A stretch of 26,839 nt of DNA from Macrostomum lignano (lineage: Eukaryota), in assembly GCA_002269645.1 (NCBI GenBank), contig NIVC01005080.1, positions 25,026-51,864 on the forward strand, written 5' to 3'. Position numbers and translations under genes: made by a program. This document shows positions 9,347 through 19,829 of this stretch, piece after piece (position 1 is the first letter of the stretch; every line of letters starts with the position of its first letter). The notes below the pieces were generated by a model. That model was not told where the DNA came from. It saw nothing but the letters and a program-made list of their open reading frames with translations, and did not search any database.

Positions 9347-10480
9347 GTGTCCGTATTCCTGTCCCGGTGTCCGCCTTTCTGATTCCTTGTGTCCGTATTC
9401 CTGTCCCGGTGTCCGCCTTTCTGATTCCTTGTGTCCGTATTCCTGTCTCAGTGTCCGCCTTTCTGATTCCTTGTGTCCGTATTCCTGTCTCAGTGTCCGC
9501 CTTTCTGATTCCTTGTGTCCGTATTCCTGTCTCAGTGTCCGTCTTTCTGATTCCTTGTGTCCGTATTCCTGTCTCAGTGTCCGCCTTTCTGATTCCTTGT
9601 GTCCGTATTCCTGTCTCAGTGTCCGCCTTTCTTATTCCTTGTGTCCGTATTCCTGTCTCAGTGTCCGCCTTTCTGATTCCTTGTGTCCGTATTCCTGTCT
9701 CAGTGCCCATATTCCTGTCCAAGTGCCCATATTCCTGTCTCAGTGCCCATATTCCTGTCTCAGTGCCCATATTCCTGTCTCAGTGTCTATATTCCTGTCT
9801 CAGTGCCCATATTCCTGTCTCAGTGCCCATATTCCTGTCTCAGTGTCTATATTCATGTCTCAGTGTTTATATTCCTGTCTCAGTGCCTATATTCCTGTCT
9901 CAGTGCCCATATTCCTGTCCAAGTGCCCATATTCCTGTCCAAGTGCCTATATTCCTGTCTCAGTGCCTATATTCCTGTCTCAGTGCCCATATTCCTGTCC
10001 AAGTGCCCATATTCCTGTCTCAGTGCCCATATTCCTGTCTCAGTGCCCATATTCCTGTCTCAGTGTCTATATTCCTGTCTCAGTGCCCATATTCCTGTCT
10101 CAGTGCCCATATTCCTGTCTCAGTGTCTATATTCATGTCTCAGTGTTTATATTCCTGTCTCAGTGCCTATATTCCTGTCTCAGTGCCCATATTCCTGTCT
10201 CAGTGCCCATATTCCTGTCCAAGTGCCTATATTCCTGTCTCAGTGCCTATATTGCTGTCTCAGTGCCCATATTCCTGTCTCAGTGCCCATATTCCTGTCT
10301 CAGTGCCCATATTCCTGTCCAAGTGCCCATATTCCTGTCTCAGTGCCCATATTCCTGTCTCAGTGCCCATATTCCTGTCCAAGTGCCCATATTCCTGTCT
10401 CAGTGCCCATATTCCTGTCTCAGTGCCCATATTCCTGTCTCAGTGCCCATATTCCTGTCTCAGTGCCCATATTCCTGTCT
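9347..10480. repeat. Compound minisatellite: about 8.5 copies of a 42-bp unit grading into about 39 copies of a 20-bp unit (CAGTGCCCATATTCCTGTCT)
   Basis: The 14-aa periodicity (VRIPVSVSAFLIPC) in the ORF track equals 42 bp. The 20-bp period is visible from about 9690 to 10480. Confidence 0.97.
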
Positions 10481-11506
10481 GAGTCCCCGCCTTGCTCTTC
10501 AAAAGCCGGTGCTGATCAAAGGGACATGCCGGTGCAAGGGAGGCACGCGATCAGCACAGGGACTGCAGGGAGACCCGCCCAGCTACGGAGAGCCGAGACC
10601 GCTAAGGGTGAGATATCGCGCATAAAAGCGCGGCTGACAAAGAGCCGAGGAGAGGCGGTGCTCGCCAGCGAAATTGAATATCAAATAAACTGCAGGGCGC
10701 GGCCCTAAGAGGCCTGGCAAACACGAGAGGGGATGTTTGGAGGTAAAGAGGGATAATGTTGAGATGTTGAGCAGCGTGTTAACCGGTTTGGCGTGACTCT
10801 GTGGAGGGGGGCGGCCACGCTTCACTGAGCAGCTGAGCAGCTGAGCTGAGCAGGCCTGCCTTGGGAATCACTGGCCAGCTGTTGATTCCCGGCCGGGCAG
10901 AGCTCGAATCCCCGATCGGTCTCCCCCCCGCCCTCCGGCCAGCCGCGGCTGCTGGGCAGTCAACAGGGGCAGCAGGAGCTGGCCGGGCGGCCATCGCTGA
11001 GCTGCAGATGCGGTTTTAAGAGTTTCATCGCCGCGGGCTCGAGAGAGGGGGTTGAAGGCTGAGCAAACACCGACTGCTCAGCCGCGGGAAGTGGGGATGC
11101 GGGGGAGAATTGATGGCGCCGGCGGCGGCTGCGGCGGAGGCGGCGGTGGCAGCGGCGGCTGCGGCTGAGGCGGCTGAGGCGCCACCTGCCACTGAAGGAG
11201 TTCTCGCGACACGATTAAAAGAGTTTTCCACTCAGGCATTCAATCAATTTTGCTTTTTTTCCAAAAACAAGGGGCCACTGGCTCAGAAAAATTCTAAGAC
11301 ACCTAACAGTGTGCCTCTTTTGTAGAAGGCTTCAAAATGCATGCTTTGTAATTGAGTTTTACTTCGTAGTTCGAAATTCGATAAATGGTTTTATGTCTGG
11401 TCCACAAAGATCGACAAAAAGGCAAATTGATGTCTATAGTAAGCTATCATATTATAGCTAATAGTAATATAACAAACAATATAGTAGCGCACACACACGC
11501 AGGCTG

Positions 11507-11516
11507 TTTATTTATT
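11507..11516 (-). promoter_or_regulatory. Candidate tandem polyadenylation signals (AATAAATAAA) of the T-box gene
   Basis: TTTATTTATT on +, about 930 bp downstream of the stop at 12449, in an AT-rich 3' region. Confidence 0.4.
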
Positions 11517-12448
11517 ATCAAGCTTTCAAGCAAAGGCAGTGGGAGAATTGCTGATAAATCTGCGCAAAGCTCAGGTGGAATGGGGCACCCTGCCAGACAA
11601 GCTTTTCTCGTTGCTGAGGATATGAAAAAATTGAGTTTCGGGATTTCTATTCTGGTAAAATAGCAAGTGAAGACCGAGTGGTGCAGTCAGTAAAGTATAT
11701 ATGATGCGTATATAATATAATTTATCATACACTATCGCTCAGCTTTCAGTGCAGTTATAAGGCGCGTGCGAAATGCAGGCTTTGCGAGACTTGCTGGGGT
11801 GGAGGGGCAGAGCAGGTAGACGGGTGAGCACATATTCAAGTGACTAGCAAAATGAGATTTGACCAATAGTTGGTTACCAATATTCAAGTCTTGGGGTGGG
11901 TACGCATCGTTGCAATCAAAAGTACATTTCTTGACGCGGAGTGAGAAGGAATAGAGCAAAAGTTTTTAACATAAACAAGTATGACTGTTGAATGTACAGT
12001 TCGCGTGTACATACTGAGTGAGAGTGATCGCTTACTCATCCAGGCTAAAAATAGAATAATGTACATAGAGGCAGAGGTGGGAGGGTTCCGAATGTACGCA
12101 ACGCCGGCCCAGTGGGGTCAGCATGGACGCAAGAACGGACGGCCCATGGCACTGCCACGGCACGGCCTGCGCCTACGGACAGCCATTTTAACGCTGGGCC
12201 TTCTGTGTCAAACCGTGAGTGCCTTTGGGGAAATCACAGTCAGTTAGCATTTAGTCAGGGTGTCTTGAACAACAAAGTAGACGGGCATTGAGACTCAAAT
12301 AAGAGCACAAAATTTGGGCAGCAACGATCCTGAAAAGTCAAACAAGCTACGGCAGTCTCAAGCAACTGTCATACAGTCACTGTATGTACAGTCACTCCGG
12401 GAACTGTGCACGAGACACGCAAGGAAGAGGAGCCATGGCCTCGGAGGG

Positions 12449-13173
12449 CTACGCTGACGAGCGGGAGTCCTCGTCCAGGGCCGCCTCGGCGGCGCCGCTC
12501 ACCGCTGCGGTCTCGACCGGCGCGGGAGAAGCCGCGTTTGGCGGTTCCGCTGGCGCCGGCTCGCTGGAGGGGCCGATCAGCGTGTGGATCTTGGAGAAGT
12601 CGCCCTTGGACGGACTGGCCGACACTGAGGCCGCCGAGAGGGGCACTGCCGAACTCGAGGTTGCGGCTGCTGACGCGAGAGAGGCGGCGGCGACAGCGGC
12701 GGCTCTACCAGGCGAGGGCGACTTCCTGGCGCCTCCGTAGGGCGAGAATCTGTGCAGTCCGTGATGGAGCTTGGCCGGGCCGCTGCCAGACCCGTGGCCC
12801 AGCGGGGACGCGAATCCCTGGTGCGGCGGCGGCGGGTAGCTCCCGCTAGCAGGGAATCCTCCCGGAAAACCCGCGGGAAAGCCGGCAGAGCCCGGAAATC
12901 CAGGCGGGAAGCCGCCAGGCGGAGGTGGAAAGCCGAAGAAGGGCGGTTTGAAGGCTGCGGCTGCGGCTGCGGCTGCGGCGGCTGCTGCGGCGGACCGGAG
13001 CTGATGCTGCTGCTGCTGGTCTCCTTTGGACGATGCGGAGTGAAGCCAGGGCTGATGAAGGAAGCTGTGCGAGTTCAGCACCGTCACGTTTGGTGGCGGG
13101 CCGCCGCTGCCGCTCTTTGATGGCGACTTGCCGCTAGCGGTGCCGTCTTTGCTGTGCCGAGCGGGCCCGGGCG
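12449..13173 (-). CDS. tbx2/3: Tbx2/3 (omb-like) exon 6, C-terminal Ala/Pro/Gly-rich region
   Basis: Acceptor ttccctgccttccag|CG at 13174/13173 completes phase 1. Contains poly-Ala, HRFSPY (cf. TBX2 RLRFSPY) and DFSKIHTLIG (cf. TBX2/3 ELQSIQRLVS). Stop TAG at 12451-12449. Confidence 0.87.
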
Positions 13174-13408
13174 CTGGAAGGCAGGGAAGGCCAGCTCAGA
13201 GTTGCACTTTGAAGCGGGAACCTCGGTGGCTATGAGGACACCTCGCGATCCCCCACTTCTCAATTCCCCAATTCTATGCGGACATTGGCACTTTAAATTG
13301 CCCCGTTGAAAGTGAAGATTGTGGTCATGCCGATAATGCCGATATTCCCCTGTTCTGGGCCTGTCAGCTTCTATCAGTGACTGCACACGATGGGCGCACT
13401 TTTCTCAC

Positions 13409-13893
13409 CTGCTCCGCTGCTCACGCCGTTCCCAGCCACGCCGTTTCTACCAGCTGCCTCCGCTGTGCCGCTGGGCGGCTCCTCCCGACGCTCTCCCGAG
13501 GAGTCTCGACGCCGGCGCCGCTCCTGCCTCTCGGCGGCCAACAACAGCTGCTGGTGCTGCAGCTGGAGCTGCTGGTGCAGCTGGAGCTGGTGCTGGTGTT
13601 GCTGCAGGAATGCGTGCTGGTGCTGCTGCAGCTGGTGATGGTGCCCGCCAAACCCAGCGGCCAGGAGACTGGGGATGAGGTGGCCGGCGGCGAAACCGCG
13701 CCGCAGGTGTCCGGTGAGGCTGCCGACGTCACCACTGCGAATGTCGTCGTCAGTGTCGAAGCTGGCGGCGGCCGCGGCGGCCTCGTCATCGTCGTCGTCG
13801 TCGGAGTCGTCGGCTGGCCCGGCGGCGGAGAGGCCGCGCGGCCGCTGCCGCCCATCGGGGAGGTGGAGCTGCGAGCCGCCTTCCGACATCTTG
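13409..13893 (-). CDS. tbx2/3: Tbx2/3 exon 5 (acidic and His/Gln-rich linker)
   Basis: Acceptor ccccactgcag|C at 13894/13893 completes phase 2 (AT|C AAG ATG). Open frame with DDSDDDDDD and HHHQLQQHQH tracts. Donor CAG|GTGAGA at 13408, phase 1. Confidence 0.87.
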
Positions 13894-13925
13894 CTGCAGT
13901 GGGGAGTGCGGGCGAGGGGTGTTTG

Positions 13926-14290
13926 AGGTGGGGCGGATTTGGTTCTAGGTGGGGCGGATTGGATCTAGGTGGGGGCGGATTGGATCTAGGTGGGGCGGAT
14001 TTGGTTCTAGGTTGGGCGGATTGGATCTAGGTGGAGGCGGATTGGATCTAGGTGGGGCGGATTTGGTTTTAGGTGGGGGCGGATTTGGTTGTAGGTGGGG
14101 CGGATTGGATCTAGGTGGGGGCGGATTGGATCTAGGTGGGGCGGATTTGGTTCTAGGTGGGGCGGATTGGATCTAGGTGGGGGCGGATTGGATCTAGGTG
14201 GGGCGGATTTGGTTTTAGGTGGGGGCGGATTTGGTTCCAGGTGGGGCGGATTTGGTTCTAGGTGGGGGCGGATTGGATCTAGGTGGGGGC
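13926..14290. repeat. G-rich 20-22-bp minisatellite (AGGTGGGG(G)CGGATT(T)GG(A/T)TCT), about 17 copies, T-box intron 4
   Basis: Visible directly. Fills most of the 467-bp intron. Confidence 0.96.
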
Positions 14291-14360
14291 CTCGTTTTAA
14301 GATGTGGGATCGGCAGGTGTATGATGGGATTTGAGAGGTTTCGGAAGTTCCCAGGCTTAC

Positions 14361-14587
14361 ATTTTCTTGGAGCTGCGACCGCCGCCGGTGTCCCGGAAGC
14401 CCTTGGCGAACGGGTTGTGGTCAATCTTCAGCTGCGTGATTTTCTCGTTCTGGTAGGCCGTCACGGCGATGAAGGCGGTCTCGTTGAACACGAAGGTGCG
14501 GAAGGTGGAGAAGGGCAGCTTCATGATGTCGGCCGCGCGCACCAGGTGGAAGCGAGGCTGGTACTTGTGCATGGAGTTCAGGATGGT
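14361..14587 (-). CDS. tbx2/3: Tbx2/3 exon 4 (C-terminal part of the T-box)
   Basis: Acceptor ctccgcag|ACC at 14588/14587. Reads [68 protein letters not shown]. Donor AT|GTAAGC at 14360. Confidence 0.98.
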
Positions 14588-15125
14588 CTGCGGAGTTCGG
14601 AATGACGGGTTTCATTTTCATAAATGTGGATCAAAGTTTCGAATGATGGGATCTGAGATAGGGATCTGGGATTCTGGGATTTAGTGACACCACAAACTGG
14701 GTGTCACGATCCGCAGTTTTTGCTTGAGTTCGCTACTCAAGAAGCATGAATAATTAATGCTTAATTACATAATTGCCCACCTGGCTACAAGAATATCTAA
14801 TTCTAAGACATCAGAGCGGTGGTTTTCCACCAGAGCGGCTGGTGAGACACGCATCTCCCCGGCCATTGTCGGCTCTGTGATCGCCGGACTGTGCGGTAAT
14901 GAATGGCCCGACCAGCCATGTAGGCGAGCTCGAGCTCGAGCCCGGCACCCCGCTGAGAAGGCGGGGCTTTTAGAAAGTTTTGTTTGATAGGAGAGAGTGG
15001 CATCAAGGTAAGGCTGTGAGATGTGAGTCAATGCGTGAGATTATTTGGGAAACCCATGCCCTTTGTGATCAAGTGAGCGAAATTTACGGCAAGGTGGTGC
15101 AATATTTATTGCTCTCTGGTGAGAC

Positions 15126-15318
15126 ATGAGATTTACGTGTAAAATTGTGAGATATGTGAGTAAAGGTGTGAAAATTATGAGTAAAGGTGTGAGATTTATG
15201 AGTAAAGGTGTGAGAATCATGAGTAAAGGTGTGAGATTCATGAGTAAAGTTGTGAGATTCATGACTAAAGGTGTGAGATTCATGAGTAAAGGTGTGAGAT
15301 TCATGAGTAAAGGTGAGG
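15126..15318. repeat. 21-bp minisatellite (GTAAAGGTGTGAGATTCATGA), about 8 copies, T-box intron 3; unit contains AGGTGTGA
   Basis: AGGTGTGA at 15164, 15185, 15206, 15227, 15269 and 15290, with variants at 15248 and 15311. Confidence 0.95.
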
Positions 15319-16077
15319 TCTGGGATGAAGGTGTTTTCGAGAAATGGTTCAGCTTCAAGAAAACAATTGCTAATTGGCTCGCTGATCTGCAAGCAAAATT
15401 GGGGCAGTGCCTGTGAATTACAGTTTGAGCAGCCGCAGCCCTGACAGACTGTCTGAGGCGATTTTCAAATGCCGGCATGCAGCGAAAGCGGAGAGAAGAA
15501 GCTGGCGAGACTCGGGATTCCGGGGTGGGAGCGCGCAGGTGAGCGAGAGAGGGGGGCTCCCTGCGTGCCCCGCCCAGCCCCCGTACCTTCTCACGCTGCG
15601 GCTTCTCATTAAGCAGAGCTCAGCGCCGGCTCATTCTGTAATCAGCGGGCGCGGCCGCCCGGCCAGGAGTGGCAGCGGCTGGCGGCTCAATTTTTGCGTC
15701 AAAAAATACGGGGGGGATGGGGAGGGGCGGCGGCGAGGCGACGGCGTATGCGGCGGCCAGGTGGGGAAAAGTCATAAGGGGAAAAGGGAAAGCGAAGCCC
15801 CGGGGTGCAAAAATGAGGATCTCTGCAGGCGCCCGGGATTTCATGACTTGTCACGGAATATCGGGGGAGCTGCGCGACTGAGGAGAAAACCTGCGAGTCT
15901 GCGTGTGAGAATCCGAGCGAGTGGAAGCCGTCCGCGGGAATTAATATCCCCAGCCGGAGTTCTCCCCGCTGCCGGGTCTGAGCCGCCCGCAGAACCTGCG
16001 GTTGAGCATTCGCTAACAGACAATCTTTTATCCCCTCCTTGAATTGCGCTTTCTGATGGCAAAATAGGCCGTTGGAA

Positions 16078-16990
16078 TGTGGGATTGGGGAGTTGTGATT
16101 CGGGATTTTTGATTCGGGATTTGTGATTCGGGATTTGGGATTCGGGATTCTGGAGTTATGATTCACGATTCTAGATTTGTGATTCGGGATTTGTGATTCA
16201 GGATTTGGGATTCGGGATTTGGGATTCGGGATTTGGGATTCTGGATTTTGGATTCGGGATTCTGGTTTTATGATTCACGATTCTAGATTTGTGATTCGGG
16301 ATTTGTGATTCGGGATTTGGGATTCGGGATTCGGGATTCTGGAGTTATGATTCACTATTCTAGATTTGTGATTCGGGATTTGTGATTCGGGATTTGGGAT
16401 TCGGGATTTGGGATTCGGGATTTGGGATTCGGGATTTGGGATTCGGGATTTGGGATTCGGGATTTGGGATTCGGGATTTGGGATTCGGGATTTGGGATTC
16501 GGGATTTGGGATTCGGGATTTGGGATTCGGGATTTGGGATTCGGGATTTGGGATTCGGGATTTGGGATTCGGGATTTGGGATTCGGGATTTGGGATTCGG
16601 GATTTGGGATTCGGGATTTGGGATTCGGGATTTGGGATTCGGGATTTGGGATTCGGGATTTGGGATTCGGGATTTGGGATTCGGGATTTGGGATTCGGGA
16701 TTTGGGATTCGGGATTTGGGATTCGGGATTTGGGATTCGGGATTCTGGTTTTATGATTCACGATTCTAGATTTGTGATTCGGGATTTGTGATTCGGGATT
16801 TGGGATTCGGGATTCGGGATTCTGGAGTTATGATTCACGATTCTAGATTTGTGATTTGGGATTCGGGATTCGGAAGTTGGGATTTTTTCAGTCAGAATTT
16901 TGGATTCGGGATTTGGGATTTGGGATTAGAGGTTCTGGAGTTGGGATTCGGAATTTTGGAATTTGTAACTTGGGATTTGGAATTAGAGAT
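16078..16990. repeat. 7-bp (GGGATTC/GGGATTT) satellite with a perfect 14-bp dimer core and higher-order cassettes
   Basis: Perfect (GGGATTCGGGATTT)n from about 16390 to 16740, with degenerate flanks. A related remnant lies at about 14648-14682. Confidence 0.97.
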
Positions 16991-17233
16991 TAAGAATTTC
17001 AATATCAATAGCATTTGGCATTATGATTGTTCCAATCAGGCAGCTATCAGAGCCTCGATCAGGATTGGCGGGCATTCGCACATGAAGGCTGACTGAAACT
17101 CCCGCACCTAATTTTCCACAGTCGCAGAATTCCCCACGTCTGCAGCGGTTCATCATTGAAAACTTTTAAATAAAACTGGCTGTCGGATTTCAAGCCCGGG
17201 GCATGCGGGCCGGTGGCATTTGTGTCGGGCTGG

Positions 17234-17275
17234 TATATCAGTGCCCGATATCAGTGCCCGATATCAGTGCCCGAT
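17234..17275. repeat. 13-bp tandem repeat (ATATCAGTGCCCG), about 3 copies
   Basis: Visible directly. Confidence 0.8.
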
Positions 17276-18095
17276 CTCGCCGGCGCAATGGCCAAGGCGC
17301 CAAATTGACACCGGACTGAATGGCGAGCCGTGCAAAAGTCACACGGAGCAGATAAGGCATCTGCCGCTTGTGCAACCCGCTCAGGGAGCCGTGTTGCAGA
17401 AACCTGCCGGACAAAGCTGCTGCTTGAAGCCGCTGCCTCATCCTGTCCGAGCTGATTAGGCGGCGCGCGATGACGGGAGGCGGTCAATTTCTGCGCCATT
17501 AACAACCGCTCTGGTGGCATTTCTGGGGGTGGGGTGGGGCGAGTCCAGAGGAAGTGGGGCTCGGGCAGGGCGAGTCGCCGGTCCCTTTGATCGGCCGCTC
17601 GCCCAGCCGCCTGTAATTTGCGAGCCGAAGCCCCGCCAGCTTTAGCCGGCAATTTCGGGCTCTGTGACAAATTCTCACGTGTCTGACAAACTCCAGCGAT
17701 GCCTTCTCTCTGCATCTTCTTGTCGTGACTGCGCACAAGCAGGGAAGCTGCAGAAAGTGACTCATCCTTTGGCTTTGGCCTTCCCTCCTCATCATCTCAC
17801 CGGCCCCTTTTTCTCCGCCTCCTTTCCAGCCTCCTCTTTCCGCTTTTGCCGCGGCCCGATTGCCGCCTGAGAAATTGCTGCGGGCGCGGCGGGGCCTCCG
17901 CTTTGAGGCGCTTTGATTGCGCCGGGCAAAGGGGGGGGGGCCCTGAGCCTGGCTTGCTTCATCATCTGCTGCTCTGCCTTTGGTCTGAGCTTTCCCGAAA
18001 TTGAACCCGAAAAATTTGAGCGGCCGAGAGGTGAGAAATGTGACGGTGAAAGTGTTAGGGAGATGAGGTAGAGTGTGGGAGTTAACGCAGAGTTC

Positions 18096-18510
18096 TGCAG
18101 GTGAGGTAGAGTGCTGCAGGTGAGGTAGAGTGCTGCAGGTGAGGTAGAGTGCTGCAGGTGAGGTAGAGTGCTGCAGGTGAGGTAGAGTGCTGCAGGTGAG
18201 GTAGAGTGCTGCAGGTGAGGTAGAGTGCTGCAGGTGAGGTAGAGTGCTGCAGGTGAGGTAGAGTGCTGCAGGTGAGGTAGAGTGCTGCAGGTGAGGTAGA
18301 GTGCTGCAGGTGAGGTAGAGTGCTGCAGGTGAGGTAGAGTGCTGCAGGTGAGGTAGAGTGCTGCAGGTGAGGTAGAGTGCTGCAGGTGAGGTAGAGTGCT
18401 GCAGGTGAGGTAGAGTGCTGCAGGTGAGGTAGAGTGCTGCAGGTGAGGTAGAGTGCTGCAGGTGAGGTAGAGTGCTGCAGGTGAGGTAGAGTGCTGCAGG
18501 TGAGGCAGAG
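18096..18510. repeat. 19-bp minisatellite (TGCAGGTGAGGTAGAGTGC), about 22 near-perfect copies, T-box intron 3
   Basis: The 19-aa periodicity in the ORF track (57 bp = 3 x 19) confirms the unit length. Confidence 0.98.
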
Positions 18511-19337
18511 TCCGGGAGGCAGTACAGAGCTGTCTGCAGATTAACTTTGACTGTCCCAGAACACGGGGCAAAGCCATTGGCTGATTCTTGACTTGTGCAG
18601 CGCAAGAAGTAGAAGAAGCAACGAAATTCTGGGTGAATCGATGGACTGCAGGCCCCCACCCGCCTTCTGAAATCCTTCTGTCTATAAGCTCAAGTCGCTA
18701 TTTGCCCTGGATTTTGCTCGCATCCTGCAGCGATGGGCCCGACAAGATGGTGCTAAGGCGGGCGGCGGATGCAGCGGCAGCTGAGAACTTTGAGCTCTTG
18801 GAGCGGCGCTGCTCACCAAGGCGCGAGTCAGAGAGCGAGTGCGCAGTGAGCAGTGAGTGAGAATCGGCAGTGAAATCTGAGATTGAGCAAACAGGGGGCG
18901 CCGTGTGTCGGCTTGGGTGGCGGCTGGGCGGCCCCAAGCCGAGGCTTGACAGGAATTTAAACAAAAAACGAGAAAAAAACAGACATGCTTTTTGCAATGT
19001 TAAAAACCGAGGGCGTGTTTAACATTGCTGGGGCCGCCCGTTGCCGGCAGCTCTGCCCCCCCCCCCCCCCCCCAGATCTGCGACTGAAGACTTTGAGGCG
19101 CCTGACCGCCTGTTTGCAGACAGCAGTTCAGGTGTATTGAGGTGGGAGACAAGCGGCGACTCCGCTGCTGCCGCCGCTGTTTGCCCTCTGGCTGCCGCCC
19201 CCGGCCTGTCTGTGAGCTCAAATATTCCTGATCATGTCGCCGCTTAATGACCTGCGGCCTCGGAGCAATTAAAACTGACTGATGGCCCGCGTGATTCCGC
19301 ACAGGTAAGTAGATTGACTGACAGACAGGTGACTCAC

Positions 19338-19509
19338 AAAGCCGTGCTTATCCGAGATGTTGTTGGTGAGCTTGAGCTTGTGGAAGCTGACAATCTTCTG
19401 CATCCACTGCTCGCCTGTGCTCGGACTGTCGGGGTGAATGTAGATCCGCTTCGGCATCTCCGGGTCCGCCTTGCCCGCGACGATCCAGCGGGAGTTGTGG
19501 AACTTGTAC
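19338..19509 (-). CDS. tbx2/3: Tbx2/3 exon 3 (T-box core)
   Basis: Acceptor ccccgcag|G at 19510/19509. Reads [58 protein letters not shown], with the Tbx2/3-diagnostic KADPEMPKR and NNISDKHGF. Donor TTT|GTGAGT at 19337. Confidence 0.98.
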
Positions 19510-19539
19510 CTGCGGGGCAGCGGCATGAGCTGATGTGGC

Positions 19540-19810
19540 CTCTGACCCACTTCGCTCTGACCCACTTCGCTCTGACCCACTTCCCTCTGACCCACTTCCC
19601 TCTGACCCACTTCTCTCTGACCCACTTCCCTCTGACCCACTTCCCTCTGACCCACTTCCCTCTGACCCACTCCCCTCTGACCCACTTCCCTCTGACCCAC
19701 TTCCCTCTGACCCACTTCCCTCTGACCCACTTCCCTCTGACCCACTTCCTTCTGACTCACTTCCCTCTGACCCATTTCCCTCTAACCTGTTTTTCTCTGA
19801 CCCATTTCCC
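19540..19810. repeat. 15-bp minisatellite (CTCTGACCCACTTCC), about 18 copies, T-box intron 2
   Basis: Visible directly. Fills most of the 320-bp intron. Confidence 0.97.
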
Positions 19811-19829
19811 GGACCTCCGCCAGCCTCAC

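Noticed and set aside
9000-10708. Long ORFs of 256-412 aa
   Set aside because: Translations of the 42-bp and 20-bp satellite, open in several frames on both strands.
11690-12250. AT-shifted segment with short ORFs as a possible transposon remnant
   Set aside because: No terminal repeats or recognisable protein motif; it more likely belongs to the T-box 3' UTR.
13926-14290. CTCF-like motif in the TCTAGGTGGGGCG repeat
   Set aside because: Only the AGGTGG part matches; the CCAC/CCGC half of the consensus is absent.
12384-14605. Plus-strand ORFs overlapping T-box exons 4-6 (likewise 4052-4630 and 3468-3788 over the PDE exons)
   Set aside because: Antisense shadows of GC-rich coding exons.
16078-16990. 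Interstitial telomere repeat
   Set aside because: The unit is GGGATT(C/T), not TTAGGG. It is only G-tract-like.
17499-18659. 386-aa and 261-aa ORFs
   Set aside because: Driven by the stop-free 19-bp repeat; the flanking translation has no domain features.
19269-19829. (GQREV)n ORF in frame with T-box exon 3, as a retained-intron insertion
   Set aside because: The intron is 320 bp, not a multiple of 3, and exon 2 read-through hits TGA immediately (AG|G TGA).
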